Of a stretch of 42,489 nucleotides of DNA, positions 24,606 to 37,187 are shown piece by piece (the stretch's first letter is position 1; every line of letters starts with the position of its first letter). The notes below the pieces were generated by a model. That model searched no databases. It was not told where the DNA came from and saw only the letters and a list, made by a program, of their open reading frames with translations. Made by a program: the position numbers and the translations under genes. The DNA is taken from NCBI GenBank assembly GCA_001929475.1, contig LXFE01000232.1, positions 1 to 42,489 of the forward strand, written 5' to 3'. Origin of the DNA: Neolecta irregularis DAH-3. Its lineage: Eukaryota.

Positions 24606-27600
24606 TCAGTCATCCATTGGAGCGTCAACCAACTTCAGCCCAGAAGGTCGTTTGTCTTCTTCCAGGGAATTCCGTTGAGCATAACTTTCCCGAATTTGGG
24701 CAGCATCTGCGTCAATATAACCTTCTGGATCCGGTATACCGACTTGGTTCGATGTTGCATCCTTCTTTGAGTGTCGAGACAACATGGCGCCGCCTCGTCT
24801 TGCCAGATGCGAGGATCTTCCCAAAGATCCTCTCTTGGAAGGTGCGCCGAAGACCGGTTCACCGCTGTCGTTTCCTTTCTCTGAATGTAGACTGACTCTT
24901 GGTCCTGTAGGGATGTTCTGAAGTTCTTCCGGAGGGGGTCCAGCGCTATGTGAAGTCACCACCGAAGTCTGAGAAACCCCCTTAGAGGGTGAGATTGCAT
25001 CACTAGGATGTCCCTGAGAAGACGAGGGCGGGGTCTCATGAATCACAGAAGGCAAAGGTGGACTGACTAGCGCTGTCTGTTGGGATGAACCATGAGTCAA
25101 CGAGCGAGCCGATCCGGTCGATATGCGGTGGCTAGACCTCTCTGAATTTGGTGACACTGTTCCAAACTGAGATTGATGACTACGTCCACGTTCAGTGGTA
25201 CATACAGGTGAGATTGGTCGTGGCGATGTACTTCCGTTAGCGAGAGCTGCTGCTTTAACGGCTCTTTGCCTGGCTTCCATGTGCATTCTCCGATTGCTCT
25301 CATCAGTGCTCGAAGTATTCGTTCTAGGTCTGTTTGTTGAAATGTTTCTCTTTAAATCCTCGAAGATCTCTTCTTTGTATGCTAGAAGGTCTTGTATAAG
25401 TCGGACTCCATGTTTATCCTGTATTGTCATTGCGTTATAAGATCGAGGTCGTAGGATGCCTAGAATGTCAGAACAAAGACCTGCGTTATCCACCGTTACA
25501 CGGAGACAGTTTTAATGCCAACTGAGCAACAAATTTCTCGTCTGATGAAGTGATCTCGATAAATCGGCCGAAATGTGTGATTATCGCGTCCAGAGTTGCT
25601 ATGTTAGATATACGCATCTGATGCAATGCGCTTTCGATGTTACCGATTCGGACAGAAGGATCTTTATCGTTACCGTGGGTAAGATAAATTGTTTTAATGA
25701 GATCATAGGTCGATGATGGTATTAAGGAATCTAACGAATTATAATATCAAAGAAAACATATATACCTGGGAGCTCTAGAAGCCACAGCTTTAGTACAGAT
25801 ACTACAACCGCAGGTTCATATAGAGCCAGCGTTTCTATTATCGGGGATTTGCCAGGATTTAATATAGACCGGAGACGATGAGTTGTAGCAAGTTGAACAT
25901 CTGCAAGCCAGAGATTTTGACGGAATGAAACTTAGTTGATACGCAAGGCAAGAAAATACCAGTGTCATTTTCTAAGGTCGGATACTCTGAATATTTAGCA
26001 AATGTGCCTTTCATTAGTGTATATACGCATATCCATGTATGTCAGGGTAGTCGATACTAGTATAGGCACTCTCTTACCATCCTGTCTGGCTTTTAAGTCG
26101 AGATCAACACCAAAGTTTTGCTCTGCGTCCGTTTAACTTTGATATCAAACGCGAAAGTACCATCGACGATGTTGTAGTAGTTTTCATAAGTCACTGCTTT
26201 CGGGATAAATGGCCCAGTACGGTTACTTTCGATCATGAAGCGTAGGTCATTTTCTGGCTGGATAGTTTCGTGGTATAGAAGTAGATCATCAACAGAAGCT
26301 TTCAATCCGTGAATGACGTTTGAAATGGCTGCAGAAAAATCAAGGACAACTACAAGTTAGAGCTGTCCAATGTGTTTAATTACCAGACTTCAAGGCTTTA
26401 AGTCTATCCGATTCGCATCTTTCCATAAACTTGTAGTGATCAAGCTACTCCTAAGTCTATAAACTCAGAAACAGATTGAAACCATAGCTTCTTCCAAGCT
26501 TGTTCGCAATTTGTCGAGTTGGACAACAGCATTTTTATACGTCTCATCAGCTTCGGCGGCTTCGCGGTGAAGTCTTTGTTGAGGAGTTTCATCAGGATAA
26601 GGATTCAATGTTGCCGAAAGTTTCCCAAGATATCCTCCGACATATGGTACCCCAGAAGCAGAGCTGATCGTATTGCCCCGCCTAAGTCGTTTCCCAGAAA
26701 GATGTTCAGCCTTTTTCCTCCATTGATATTTAAAAACACTGCTGTTTGCAAAACTACTTCCCATATTCCCGACTAAACGAAGTAATCCGTTATCAACTAG
26801 ATCTGCTTGTTAGCGAATATTTGAACAAGGACGATACCCTGTCCAATTGACTCTGCATGTGGTAGCTTTTCTTGGTGAGGAATACTGCCCAGCATGTTGT
26901 TTTCAATCCAATTGACCATGTCGGAGCCATTGTAAACATCTGTATATGTGCCTAATATGCGGACTGTCACTTCTCCACGAGGAATTTCATCCATCATTTT
27001 AGCAATGAGGAGAGCTAAATCTTTCGAACTGTAATATATATCGCCAATTTCGATAAGCTCATTTTCATCACTTTCATCTTCATCAAGCCTGAGGGACATT
27101 GATTTATCTGAACCAATTGACATGATTGATTTTCTCTCGGGCGAAGGTTCTTGAAAAGCATACTTCTTCTCTTCTTCAGCATCTTCGATCTTGTGTATCA
27201 GCCTGCGATCACAGATAATCTTTACCAATCGGCATTTATTAAAGTAGATGGTTCGTAAGCGTTTGACTTCTACCAACTGTCGATCGTGTAGTTTGAGGAG
27301 GCCCAAGAGTGCATCGTGTGATGTCTGAACTCGGATTTTATGATCTAAGACCCATTGGCCGAAAGGCTTGATCACCAGCTTGTCGATATTATTCGCAATA
27401 CGAAGATGATTGTTTCCAGCCTGTTTGTTGGATTTAGATCTCCAATACGCACATACCCCATCCATTGCCTTTCTCAGCCCGTCAAAAGCCTTTCTGGTGG
27501 TAGCTCCTTCGTCCTTCATGAATCCACCCGCCTTGACACATGTATTCGAGATCTCTTGAAGCATGTTACCATACGACTCTTCGCATTCGGCGCGAGACTT

Positions 27601-27785
27601 TGCCAGACTCAAGATCTCATCGTTCTCTACAGTACCTTGCTGTAGTTTTGAGAAGAGAACGCCGACTCCGGCTGCATCAGATCAACACCGGAACCAGGGC
27701 AGGGTGAAGTGCCTGCATAATCTTCTCTCGCCCAAAAAGAATCGCAGAATGTCGGGACGCTTTTGGAGATTACCGGAACTTCCAT
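24606..27785 (-). CDS. rga8: F-BAR/DEP/RhoGAP protein (Rga8/Rgd2 type), multi-exon
   Basis: FCH start TFCDSFWAREDYAG, DEP-like VRILGTYTDVYNGSDMVNWI, FANSSVFKYQW, NDLRFMIESNRTGPF, FGVDL leading into the RhoGAP region, and a Ser/Pro-rich tail ending LVDAPMDD. Confidence 0.88.
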
Positions 27786-28185
27786 AGCTGTAGTAGAGAT
27801 ATGAAAGTGTGCAGGAGGGCAGGGCAATAGCACAAAAGAGCTAGCTCGCTCCTTAGGGGGTGTTTTTTAGGGGTTAGGATGATAGTGTGGTTTCCCCACA
27901 ACAGACCAACACCGTCAATTCGCAAGTGCTATGCTGTGCAATACGGAGTACGAGTTTGCCTGGTCGAGGTCATGCACTCCGGAAAAGAACTGACGGTTCT
28001 TGCATCTGTATGGGTTTAATTAACATCTGGCTACAATCCTGCTTTCTCCGCTGTGGCTATCTTGGGTTGAGACACCAGCCCTTAAGGGGACTAGCAGAGC
28101 CATATATAGCACTCTACCAAGGTCACACCCCGAATCCTTGGCTCGACACCTACTAAAATGCGATATCCTTTTGGCAGCCTATATT

Positions 28186-30255
28186 ATGATGATGTTCGAC
28201 TGGGTGGGAAGGCTTCGACTCCGTTTAAACATGTCCAGCTTTGTCACAGGACTAATTATGTTGTTCCTGCCCATCTCGCATACCGAACTATATTTGCATT
28301 CCATAGTCTCGATATTCATCAGGCTGCCTGTCTGTTTGGCAGATGATGTTACAGACACATTCCGTGAAACTCTTAACTATCCGAGCGGTTTCACGACGGG
28401 TTTGATGGCGTTGGGAGGGTATGAGAACCCCAGTGGACAGCAAAACTGAATTACAGAGCTGTATCGGCATGGCTTCGAGGCGGTCTAAACGCGGAAACGC
28501 AATGGTTGGACATAATATATGCTTTTCGATCAACCAAAGGTTCGATACCCCCGATTGCTCGCGATGGGTCAGCCGGCGTCATTATTGAATCATGTGCATC
28601 TTTCGAGAAAGTGATGGGATATTTCGAACAAGCGGGATATTATGCCGAGCGTTACCAGCAGGCAACCGTTGTCAAAATGGGGTGCTCACACAGATCTGCC
28701 GTTCTGGGAACAAATTTCGGTCCAAAGAATATCTGGCAAACCCTTTTGGAGCAATTATTTGTTATTCCACGAGACAGTGCTGGGACTTCCCCCATTGAAG
28801 GAGCTATTATATTTCCGATTGAACATTTGTTATGCTGTCTGAGTGTTCGAGAGCTTGCAATCCGTATGGGATTACCTCGAGCAGATCATTGGACTACTGA
28901 TATCACGGCTGCGTCTTATTTGTCCTGGCTGCGTGAGTTTGTTGAGAAAGAATTTAGGATGGATGACGACCATATGTTGCAACCGCAAACTCCCTTTGCA
29001 CGCGAGTGGATGGGGCCTCGATTTGATGACAATATTCGATATATTTGGCTACAGGCGGTATACGGTTCCGATAAACAATACAGGACTTGGCTTATTTATG
29101 TGGATGATGCGATCAAGAAATCACATGGCTCTACTGGTTGGAACCATAGCTCGGAGGATCCCCCTCGCTATTCAACTGAATCTTCACATCTTCTTGCTCG
29201 ATGTCGGGAGGTCACGGCAGATCAACTCATTCTATTGAGCGATACGATTGATCGATTAACTCCAAGAATTCACGCTATCAATGCAATCTGTCGAGGTGGT
29301 ATAGTTTTTATGATGAACCAATGTCAGACTGCAGATCTTCTGTTATCGGATTTTCGAGGCACAAGTTATGCCGTCGAAGATGCACCCGGTTCATCATTTC
29401 AAGCGGATACTTCGACTGAAATTCCTTATACATTGAAGCAAGCTAATTCCTTCCATGGAAGGATTGCTGCTGCTTTCGCTGAGATGGTCATAACCATCGC
29501 CTTTGTACCGCTACTGAGAGAAACCAGGCTGACCATAGGTGGCTTTTGGAGACCCTGGGATGTTAATGGCAAGTTACGCAGCCCGTATAGTCATTGCACC
29601 AGTCATGTTGGGCCCATCCAGGCACACTGAATACCTCGGATGGTTGGCAGAGAGCATCTCTACAAATCTTGTCAAAGATCTTTATCACAATGAACGGATA
29701 TATCGTACATTCTGCTTGCAGAACCCAGTGAAAACCCATAAGATTTTTGCTCTTGGAGCTATAGCGATCTCAGCTTGGATCTTATCATTCGCGGCGCTAA
29801 CATTACGGCCATTGACGTATCGAATAGACTTTAACACAAACCGAAACATCCCGACCTGGATACCGGCTTTTCAACTTTCTTTTTCAACTATAGGAATAGC
29901 AATGACTATCATCACCTCAAAGACAAGCATTAGTGACAGCAGTTGTTCACGTCATTGCATTCACGAGTTCAAGTGTTTAGTACCGGGTTTGATTGCAATG
30001 TGTGGTGGATTTACTCTTATTTTCATCTCTCTACTCACAGAGAAGCCCACGATGGTCTTCTTTATGAGCCTCGGTGCAGAACTCTGCGCCGATGTGATGT
30101 GGCTTTGCAACGAGGTGGGATACTGGGCTGTGAGAGGTAGAATAGGCAAATGGGCACCATGGATGGAAGGAACGGCATTAGTTTTGAGCTCAGCATCCGC
30201 TGCAACGCGCAACCGTGTCGACTGGTGGCCACTCTTTCCTGAATGGTGGGGCTGA
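28186..30255 (+). CDS. Uncharacterised multi-pass membrane protein, paralogue B of the gene at 20558-22786
   Basis: Exons joined by two GT-AG introns (about 28419-28456 and 29505-29538). Shares PSGxTTGL...GAVxAWLxGGL...QWLD, HxLCC, DPGMLxxSYAAR, EYLGW, FNTNxNIP, GAExxAD, WxEGT and WWPLF with paralogue A. Start codon uncertain. Confidence 0.8.
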
Positions 30256-30508
30256 GCTTTATATCCTCTCTTATCTCGGACCATATGCTATCTGTATCGT
30301 GTAGCTGAAATAGACAAATTATACGGGTCAAAGGCCGCTAATTAGCCATTGCGCCCAAAGAGGAAGGCAGGCTGGACTCGCGCCTCCACTCCATTCCAGT
30401 TCCCTCCTACCCGACTCGGATCATCAGCTGCTCTCTTTACTACTCCTCTCAAATCCCACAAGTTCCGTCGTCTGTCTGTCTGCTCTTGCTATCTGCCCGA
30501 CCCAAGCA

Positions 30509-31684
30509 ATGTCTTCTGAGGTATGTCGCGTGTGCTGCGCCGTCGTTGCTTCGCCGCGATCGCCGTTATGACATTGTTGACCCCTTAGCGCGAAACCAAA
30601 GTCTTTCTCGGGAAACTCGCCGAGCAGGCTGAGAGATATGAAGGTGCGCCTTTCATTCTTTAGGTGTATAGATTGCTAATTATGTTACAGAAATGGTTCA
30701 TTTCATGAAGGTGTGTATACCCTGTACTACTTAAATGTCATCTAATCTGGCTCTCTTTATACAGGAAGTCGCAAAGGCATGTTGTGTCTCCGTTGTCTCA
30801 TTCATTTATCTGTTTAGCTTGGAGTTGAACTCAATGTTGAAGAGCGGAATCTCTTATCGGTATGTACTTGGCTGTTCTCTCGGATGGCGATGTTGACGTT
30901 CTATCAAGGTCGCCTATAAAAATGTCATCGGCGCTCGACGAGCCTCCTGGAGGATTATCAGTTCCATCGAGCAGAAGGAAGAATCCAAAGGAGCCGAAGC
31001 ACATGTCGCCCAAATCAAGGGTTATAGAACAAAAATCGAAAAAGAGCTGGAAGAAACGTGTCTGGATGTTCTCCAAGTTTTGGACGATAACCTTATTCCT
31101 AGTGCTGAGGGCGGCGAATCAAAGGTTTTTTACTATAAGATGTAACTTTCCTCCTCTGATCTACGCTTAATGGGTCAGGAAGGGTGATTACCATCGATAC
31201 CTTGCAGAATTCTCTGGTGGCGACAAGAGAAAGGAATCTGCTCAACTCGCTCACCACTCCTATAAGGTATACTTCTTATAGCCCTCGTTTATCTTATTTC
31301 AGGCTGCCACTGACGTCGCTCAAACTGACCTTGCACCAACTCATCCAATCCGTTTAGGCCTTGCACTCAACTTTTCCGTGTTTTACTATGAAATCCTCGG
31401 CTCACCAGACCGGGCATGCCATCTCGCCAAACAAGCGTTTGATGATGCCATTGCTGAACTCGATTCCCTTAGTGAAGAGAGCTACAGAGATTCGACGCTG
31501 ATCATGCAATTGTTGAGGGACAATTTGACGTTGTGGACCAGTGATCTCGAAGAAGGTACCTTTACTCTCTAAAGTATATCATCGCTTACATGTAGTAGCT
31601 CCAGCGGAAAAGAAAGAAGAGATAGCAGAGAAGAAGGAAGAGGCGACTACGTCTGCCGTGAATGCGCCTGCAGAAGAGAAATGA
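30509..31684 (+). CDS. rad24: 14-3-3 protein (Rad24/Rad25/BMH family), nine exons including 12-nt coding exons
   Basis: Spliced [85 protein letters not shown]. Paralogue assignment (rad24 vs rad25) is not resolvable here. Confidence 0.96.
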
Positions 31685-31916
31685 GGAAGATGACGGGAGG
31701 ACGGGCTAGAACGTATCAGCTTGGATTATTGTCTGTGTCTTGTTTCGATTTGCCAATTTTCTTTTCATTTTCGTGGTCTTCTGTTTGCCTTTTGGCTATC
31801 TACGTATCTATCTATTGCCCCTCTGATATTATCAGTAGCTCATTTGACTCGTGTTGTTACATTGAGGAAACACGTCATCGCCTCAGCCTACTTTAGCTTA
31901 AAGAGAGACAAACCAA

Positions 31917-32552
31917 ATGTCGACAAATCAATACAACAGCGAAATGCCTGTGCCAGACTACTATGCAATGCTTGATCTTACATCGACGGCGACGTATTAT
32001 ATTTTGACTATCCCAATACTTATCTCCAGGCCCGAGGATATTCGACAGGCTTACAAGAAGGCTGCTCTCTCAACTCATCCAGACAGATTTCCACCCAACT
32101 CTTCCGATTGGAAAGCGGCTACAACTCGCTTCCAGCAGGTAAATGACGCATATTATACTCTGTCCGATCCTACTCGTCGCCGAGAGTATGATCGAGTACG
32201 CCAGAAGCGTGGCACATTCCGCCCACCAACTGCCAATGCAGAAGAGCAGTTCGGCGGTGTCTTTGAGGAGATGATGACTGAGGATGCACCCGCTGATCAA
32301 AAGAGTAATGTTTGGGGTATTCTCGGGGGTCTCAGTGGTGGAGTCATGGGCTTTATAATCGGAAATGTTGCTGGCGCTGTTGCTGGTGCAGTTGCTGGGA
32401 ATCGACTGGGTGCTGTTCGAGATACGCAAGGGAAGCCCGTTTATCAAGTCTTTCAGGAATTACCAAGAGATGAGAAGGCCAGAGTTTTGGCTAGTTTGGC
32501 TCAGAGGGTGTTTGCGCAAATGGGAGGTCCTGGGAGCCTTGGATTCAAGTAA
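31917..32552 (+). CDS. J-domain (DnaJ class C) protein with glycine-rich hydrophobic C-terminal segment
   Basis: DYYAML...IRQAYKKAALSTHPDR...FQQVNDAYYTLSDPTRRREYD. One in-frame 36-nt intron near 31994-32029. GGLSGGVMGFIIGNVAGAVAGAVAG glycine-zipper-like segment. Confidence 0.9.
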   Translation: MSTNQYNSEMPVPDYYAMLDLTSTATYYILTIPILISRPEDIRQAYKKAALSTHPDRFPPNSSDWKAATTRFQQVNDAYYTLSDPTRRREYDRVRQKRGTFRPPTANAEEQFGGVFEEMMTEDAPADQKSNVWGILGGLSGGVMGFIIGNVAGAVAGAVAGNRLGAVRDTQGKPVYQVFQELPRDEKARVLASLAQRVFAQMGGPGSLGFK

Positions 32553-32690
32553 TGGTGCTTAAATTATTTGAAGCTGTTTGACAACTGGATTGATATTTTA
32601 CAGTATTGGGGGAATATGGAGTCTTCATATCTATTCATTAAGAGCAGTCTGAATATATATCAATTCTTAACTCAATGATCAGCTTGCAGC

Positions 32691-33683
32691 TTAATGAGCA
32701 TCCTCAAGCTTCTTGATGTTTTCCACTTTGGTAGTACCTAGTACCTCTCCAATGATGTTAAGCTTATCTATTCTAGTAGTTTCCTCATCTCCAATGTTAC
32801 TTTCAACAAAGATCTAGGAACAGTTACAGGCAACTCATTACGCATGCTCATACCACAAGACTAGTAACTGATTGAAACTTGACGAAACGCAGAGCAACAG
32901 TAGCAACACCATTTTCATATGTGATTTCTTCAAACTCTTGAGATGGCATGAAACTTTCAACATCTTCAAATGCGGGACAATTAGTTCTGTTGGTGAAGAT
33001 TTTGAAAGTCCTGGGTGCTTTCGATTCGATCTCTGATTTGAACACAAGACTGTGAACCTTTGCGGCTTGATTAAACTATAAGCATTAAACCGAAATTCAA
33101 CTTTTGAGTGTACTGGAATGTAAATCATCAGTTGTTCATCAACATCTGATTCGATATATCCCTTGGTTGCAAATATATCTCTCGGATCAAGATCGCTTTG
33201 TAAGTTTAGACATTCCACTTGTTTGTTTTCAATATTTTCGTTAATATTGACATATCCTTTCACACTAGTGTCAGTTGCTCCAGTATCGGCAACATGATGC
33301 TTTCTCAATGCGGCTTCGAGTTGTTGCTGTTGAACTCCTTTGATAGTCTCTACTGGGTTTCCATCTTTAAAGACAATGAAAGTGGGACTGATGATTATTC
33401 GCGATTGCAGACGATAGGTTTAATACATTGAAGTCACATTGTACTTTCTCGCTGTACTTTTCAAGATCTCGATATCGACACTGGCGAATACAATGGGATG
33501 ATATGAAACAGCGTATTTCTCAAAAAGGGGTTTGGCGGCTCTACACGGCGCACACCTGTCAGGTTATATTGACTTCCTCACTGAATATAATCACCATAAT
33601 GCGAAAAAATCAACGATCAAGACCTTGGACGACTTCAAGAGATCTTCAAACTCCTTGTCAGTCCCCAAAATTTTCACGTGCAT
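32691..33683 (-). CDS. txl1: Thioredoxin-like protein 1 (Trx + PITH domain)
   Basis: Spliced MHVKILGTDKEFEDLLKSSKVLIVDFFALWCAPC...YNVTSIPTFIVFKDG, then PITH (VECLN, YIESDVDEQLMIYIP, APRTFKIFTN, LRFVKFQSV, IFVESNIGDEETTRI). Confidence 0.9.
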
Positions 33684-34106
33684 ATTAAATCAGAGATGTT
33701 GAAGGAGGTTGGTCAATGGCAGTACAAGCAATTATGTCTGTAGTGTTTTTTCGTTGATAAGGCTACAAACCGAGCTAAAAGGCCTACCCAAAGTCACGCA
33801 AGAAGGGCCGTTTTGTTACAAGCAAATTATTCACCAGGGAATATTGATAAAGAAAGACTGAAATGTATCTTGAGAAACAAACATCCACGATCCGCCAGCA
33901 CTCGACAATCAAGCCAGGTTGTAAATTATAAAGAGGGCTACAAACTAACCCCTAGGGTTCAACATCCATCTTTCAAATACTTTAGAGTTCGCTGTTTTTC
34001 TCAGACTGGGAAGCAGAAGGAGGTTTGGTTGAATATGCATTGGTAGAAACTTTCCATTCATAGTTCTGAGGATAAAGCTTAGACGTTAGCTGAGATCACT
34101 TCAACA

Positions 34107-35732
34107 CTAAACTGTAAGATTACTGTCCACTGCCTTATGGCCCTTGACGTCTTCAACCAGAATAGATTCCTCATGGATAACAGCTGACTGAGTAATAATG
34201 ACACCACTAGCCTGATGTCGCTATATAGATGAGACTCAATTTCACAAGACAAACGAACTTTAAGGTCATCTGGAGCCAATTTTTTCCCGCCTTCGAACTC
34301 CCAGTGTCTGTACTTGTCGTGAGATGAAGGATTACTAAGATGACGATGTTGTTCTGCTCGCGAGTGCAAGGTTACCTAGAGATCAAAAGAAATATCCCCA
34401 AGTGATTCATATGATACCATCAACGAGTGAGTATAGAGCTTTCCAAGTGGGAACTGCAGTGACATATGAGCCATATTAATGTGAGATTGTGCAAGATAGA
34501 ACTCAAGATATCAGACAGGAAACTCGCGAGAATCTTGTACAATGATATCCAACACGGCAGCGAGAGAACTAAGGAACCCAGTCTGTTCATTAGTAGGGCG
34601 ATTACTATGATTTACCTACTTCCATAGTCAATCGAACGAGTTTGTCTATCAAACTAGCAAGTCAGTTATTGAACCAAATGTATTTCGAATATGGTAAAGG
34701 TGACACAACATACGTACCTGTCTAGTTAAAGTCAGGCGGTTCTCCAGGCGGGAATGCACACCTGTTGAAATAAAACCAGTTTTCGAGCGCAACAACATCA
34801 CTATAAGCCCCCCTGTGATCAACACATCGACAACACCGGCCTATGGTTTCAGCCTCCTTCGATATCTATATGTACCGGAATAAGCCACAACATAACCTAA
34901 AAGTTCATGGGTTTTGAAAAAAAAACATTAGAAAAATACCTGAAGTTTTGCCGCACCAACGTTACTATTTCGAGATTAACAAGCAGCTCGTTGGACAGCA
35001 TACAAACCTCATAGTCTATAACTATTAATCAACCAAAAGACGGGGCTTGTATACCTTCACATCCCGCAAAGCCACTACAAGCCATTGAGAACTAGATTTT
35101 AATTTCGATAGATAGCGAAGACAGCACCTTACCAGGCAGAGGAGAATCCCGCTACCGTAAACGAATAGATAAGGAGCCCTCCATGACGATCTTCGCATTA
35201 AACCATAAGTCCGGTGGACGAAGAAGCATTGCACCATGCAAGCAATTATTCCATTGAGTCCAGGTTCAGTCCAGAAGAGCCAGTTGGTTTTATCAAAGTT
35301 ATGGTAATTCCCGAAATGCCTCGCGAAATTGAGATAGAGCAAAGAGGAATCGCACGATGCTAGGACCGTCAAATTTGCCAGGGATGACTTGATAACTTGA
35401 AAGGAGATTGACTGCGAATAGTATACCGACAAAAACCTTTATAAATTTCCGGTCCTCTGTGAAGATATGATAATAGTTCCATGTTTGTATTGTAAGCATT
35501 CCCATGAAGAATATGTTGATGGCGATTCCCTGGGTCTCAGCAGTGTCAACTTTCCGGGCACCCACAATCAGGTAACAACCTAGAGAAGCCTTTGGAAATC
35601 AGTGTTTAGAAGAAACCACGAGTCCTACATCGGTATTGGTATAAAACGCCAGAACCTAAACCTGAGAAGGTGTACCAGGATGCGACATACAGCTGGACTG
35701 AGCTGAGCATTTGCTTCCTCAACAGAACTCAT
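34107..35732 (-). CDS. Multi-pass membrane protein, DUF6534-like, many short exons
   Basis: GMLTIQTWNYY...EDRKFIK, VQCFFVHR, DVLITGGLIVMLLRSKTGF, LIDKLVRLTMETG and LGKLYTHSLMVTLHSR match my recollection of the fungal DUF6534 family. Exon boundaries are approximate. Confidence 0.75.
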
Positions 35733-36550
35733 AGTAGAGAGGATAATTGATAGATTCGGGATATTGACAAGGTATTGTCCAGAGTAAGCAGTTGTTAGCG
35801 GTATGGAAGGAGCGAGATTCAGGTATTGACAAGAATGGCCGGGTTTATATAGAACATATCTTATCCCGTTAGCCAAGCTCCTGATGCTAACCTAAAGTTT
35901 CACTTTGGATAAGATGCCTCATATCTCGGCTTAGCTGGACATAAAGCAGATCAAAGAGCGCTTACTGAAACAATGAGAAAAGAACCAAGATTAGTGCATC
36001 TAGGATTGCTGCGGGACATTTAACCTCTGTTGACTCTCAAATGCGGACTCTTAGAATGTAGATACTCCTCATATTTTTGTATTACCACTGAGGTTTGTGG
36101 CATCGCTTTTCAAAAGATGGCAAGAGTGCGATGAAGGACACTAAATCACTTTTTAAGAACATCGTAGACACGGTGTAAAGTGAATAATGAATGCCTTTAA
36201 GTAAAATTTGTGACAGATGATAATGCACGCTAGGGCGATATTTAGTAGCTCAATTCGAGGTATTTTGTTCTTAGCTCGTCATGAATAACATGACTGGGGT
36301 ATAATGAATACAACAATGATTTTCCAATCGGCAACTAACCGTGAGAATCTGCCAAGTACTACTACAGTCGTTCCGATCTAGTTGACAGGTTGCGGTCTGA
36401 ATATGGAAAATCATCCGTGAGAAACCCGCTGGCGATGACAGTGCCCAAAACTGTACAGCGATTGACTAGCGGGAAATCAAATTCCCACGGCGATTTGAGA
36501 CGCAATAGATTTTGAATTGGCGGCATTGTATTTGACTGATTTCAGCGTCG

Positions 36551-36578
36551 AGGTCTCGCGTCTCGCGTCTCGCGTCTG
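36551..36578. repeat. Triple TCTCGCG repeat (3x ACGCGA on the minus strand; MCB-like)
   Basis: aggtctcgcgtctcgcgtctcgcgtctg. Confidence 0.55.
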
Positions 36579-37187
36579 ACGCCTTAGCTTTATTGTGTTC
36601 AAGTAAAGGATTGTTGTAGAGCGAATGAATGTAGGTCACCTGGCCAGATTAGCTCACTGCTCTAATATTGAGCGAATCAAACGGGCCGTCGAAGAATTCG
36701 TCTGAGAATTTCCTTCGAAATGGCATAGTCGTTTGGCACTATCCACATGTACTTTATCAAATCGGGTTTTTAACATTGATGAGAGCATGAAATGCACATC
36801 TGGAAAACAACTGAAGAAGGTAACAGCAAAAGCCCATTTTTCAGGAATTCCGGAAAAATTAGCGAGGTAATAAATACACAGAGTACAATCTCGGCTTCAA
36901 AGAAAGCGAGGTATCTGAGGGGTAGGCACCGGAGATCAGAGCATCTCCCGATAGTATACAAGTAGCGCCTAGCTTGATTAGCAAGCAGGCAGGAACAGAA
37001 GCAGGCAGGAACAGAAGCAATACTCTGTAGTTGCCTGTATCAAAGGGTCGAATGTGTTCTTCAACCTAAGCCTCCTGAGCGCAAGTCCGGACACCCAACG
37101 CTCATACCAACCCATTCTGTATGAAAGCTGGAAATGTAACCCAGCCTTGCAGTCCCAGATCAAATAAAGAATATCGCTTGGAGTGAC

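Noticed and set aside
27851-27880. TTAGGG-like motifs (ttagggggtg...ttaggggttagg)
   Set aside because: Only a few imperfect units in a promoter; not a telomere or telomerase template.
29505-29630. Overlapping ORFs suggesting a programmed frameshift in the membrane paralogues
   Set aside because: A GT-AG intron at the same aligned position in both genes (34 nt in B, 40 nt in A) joins the frames.
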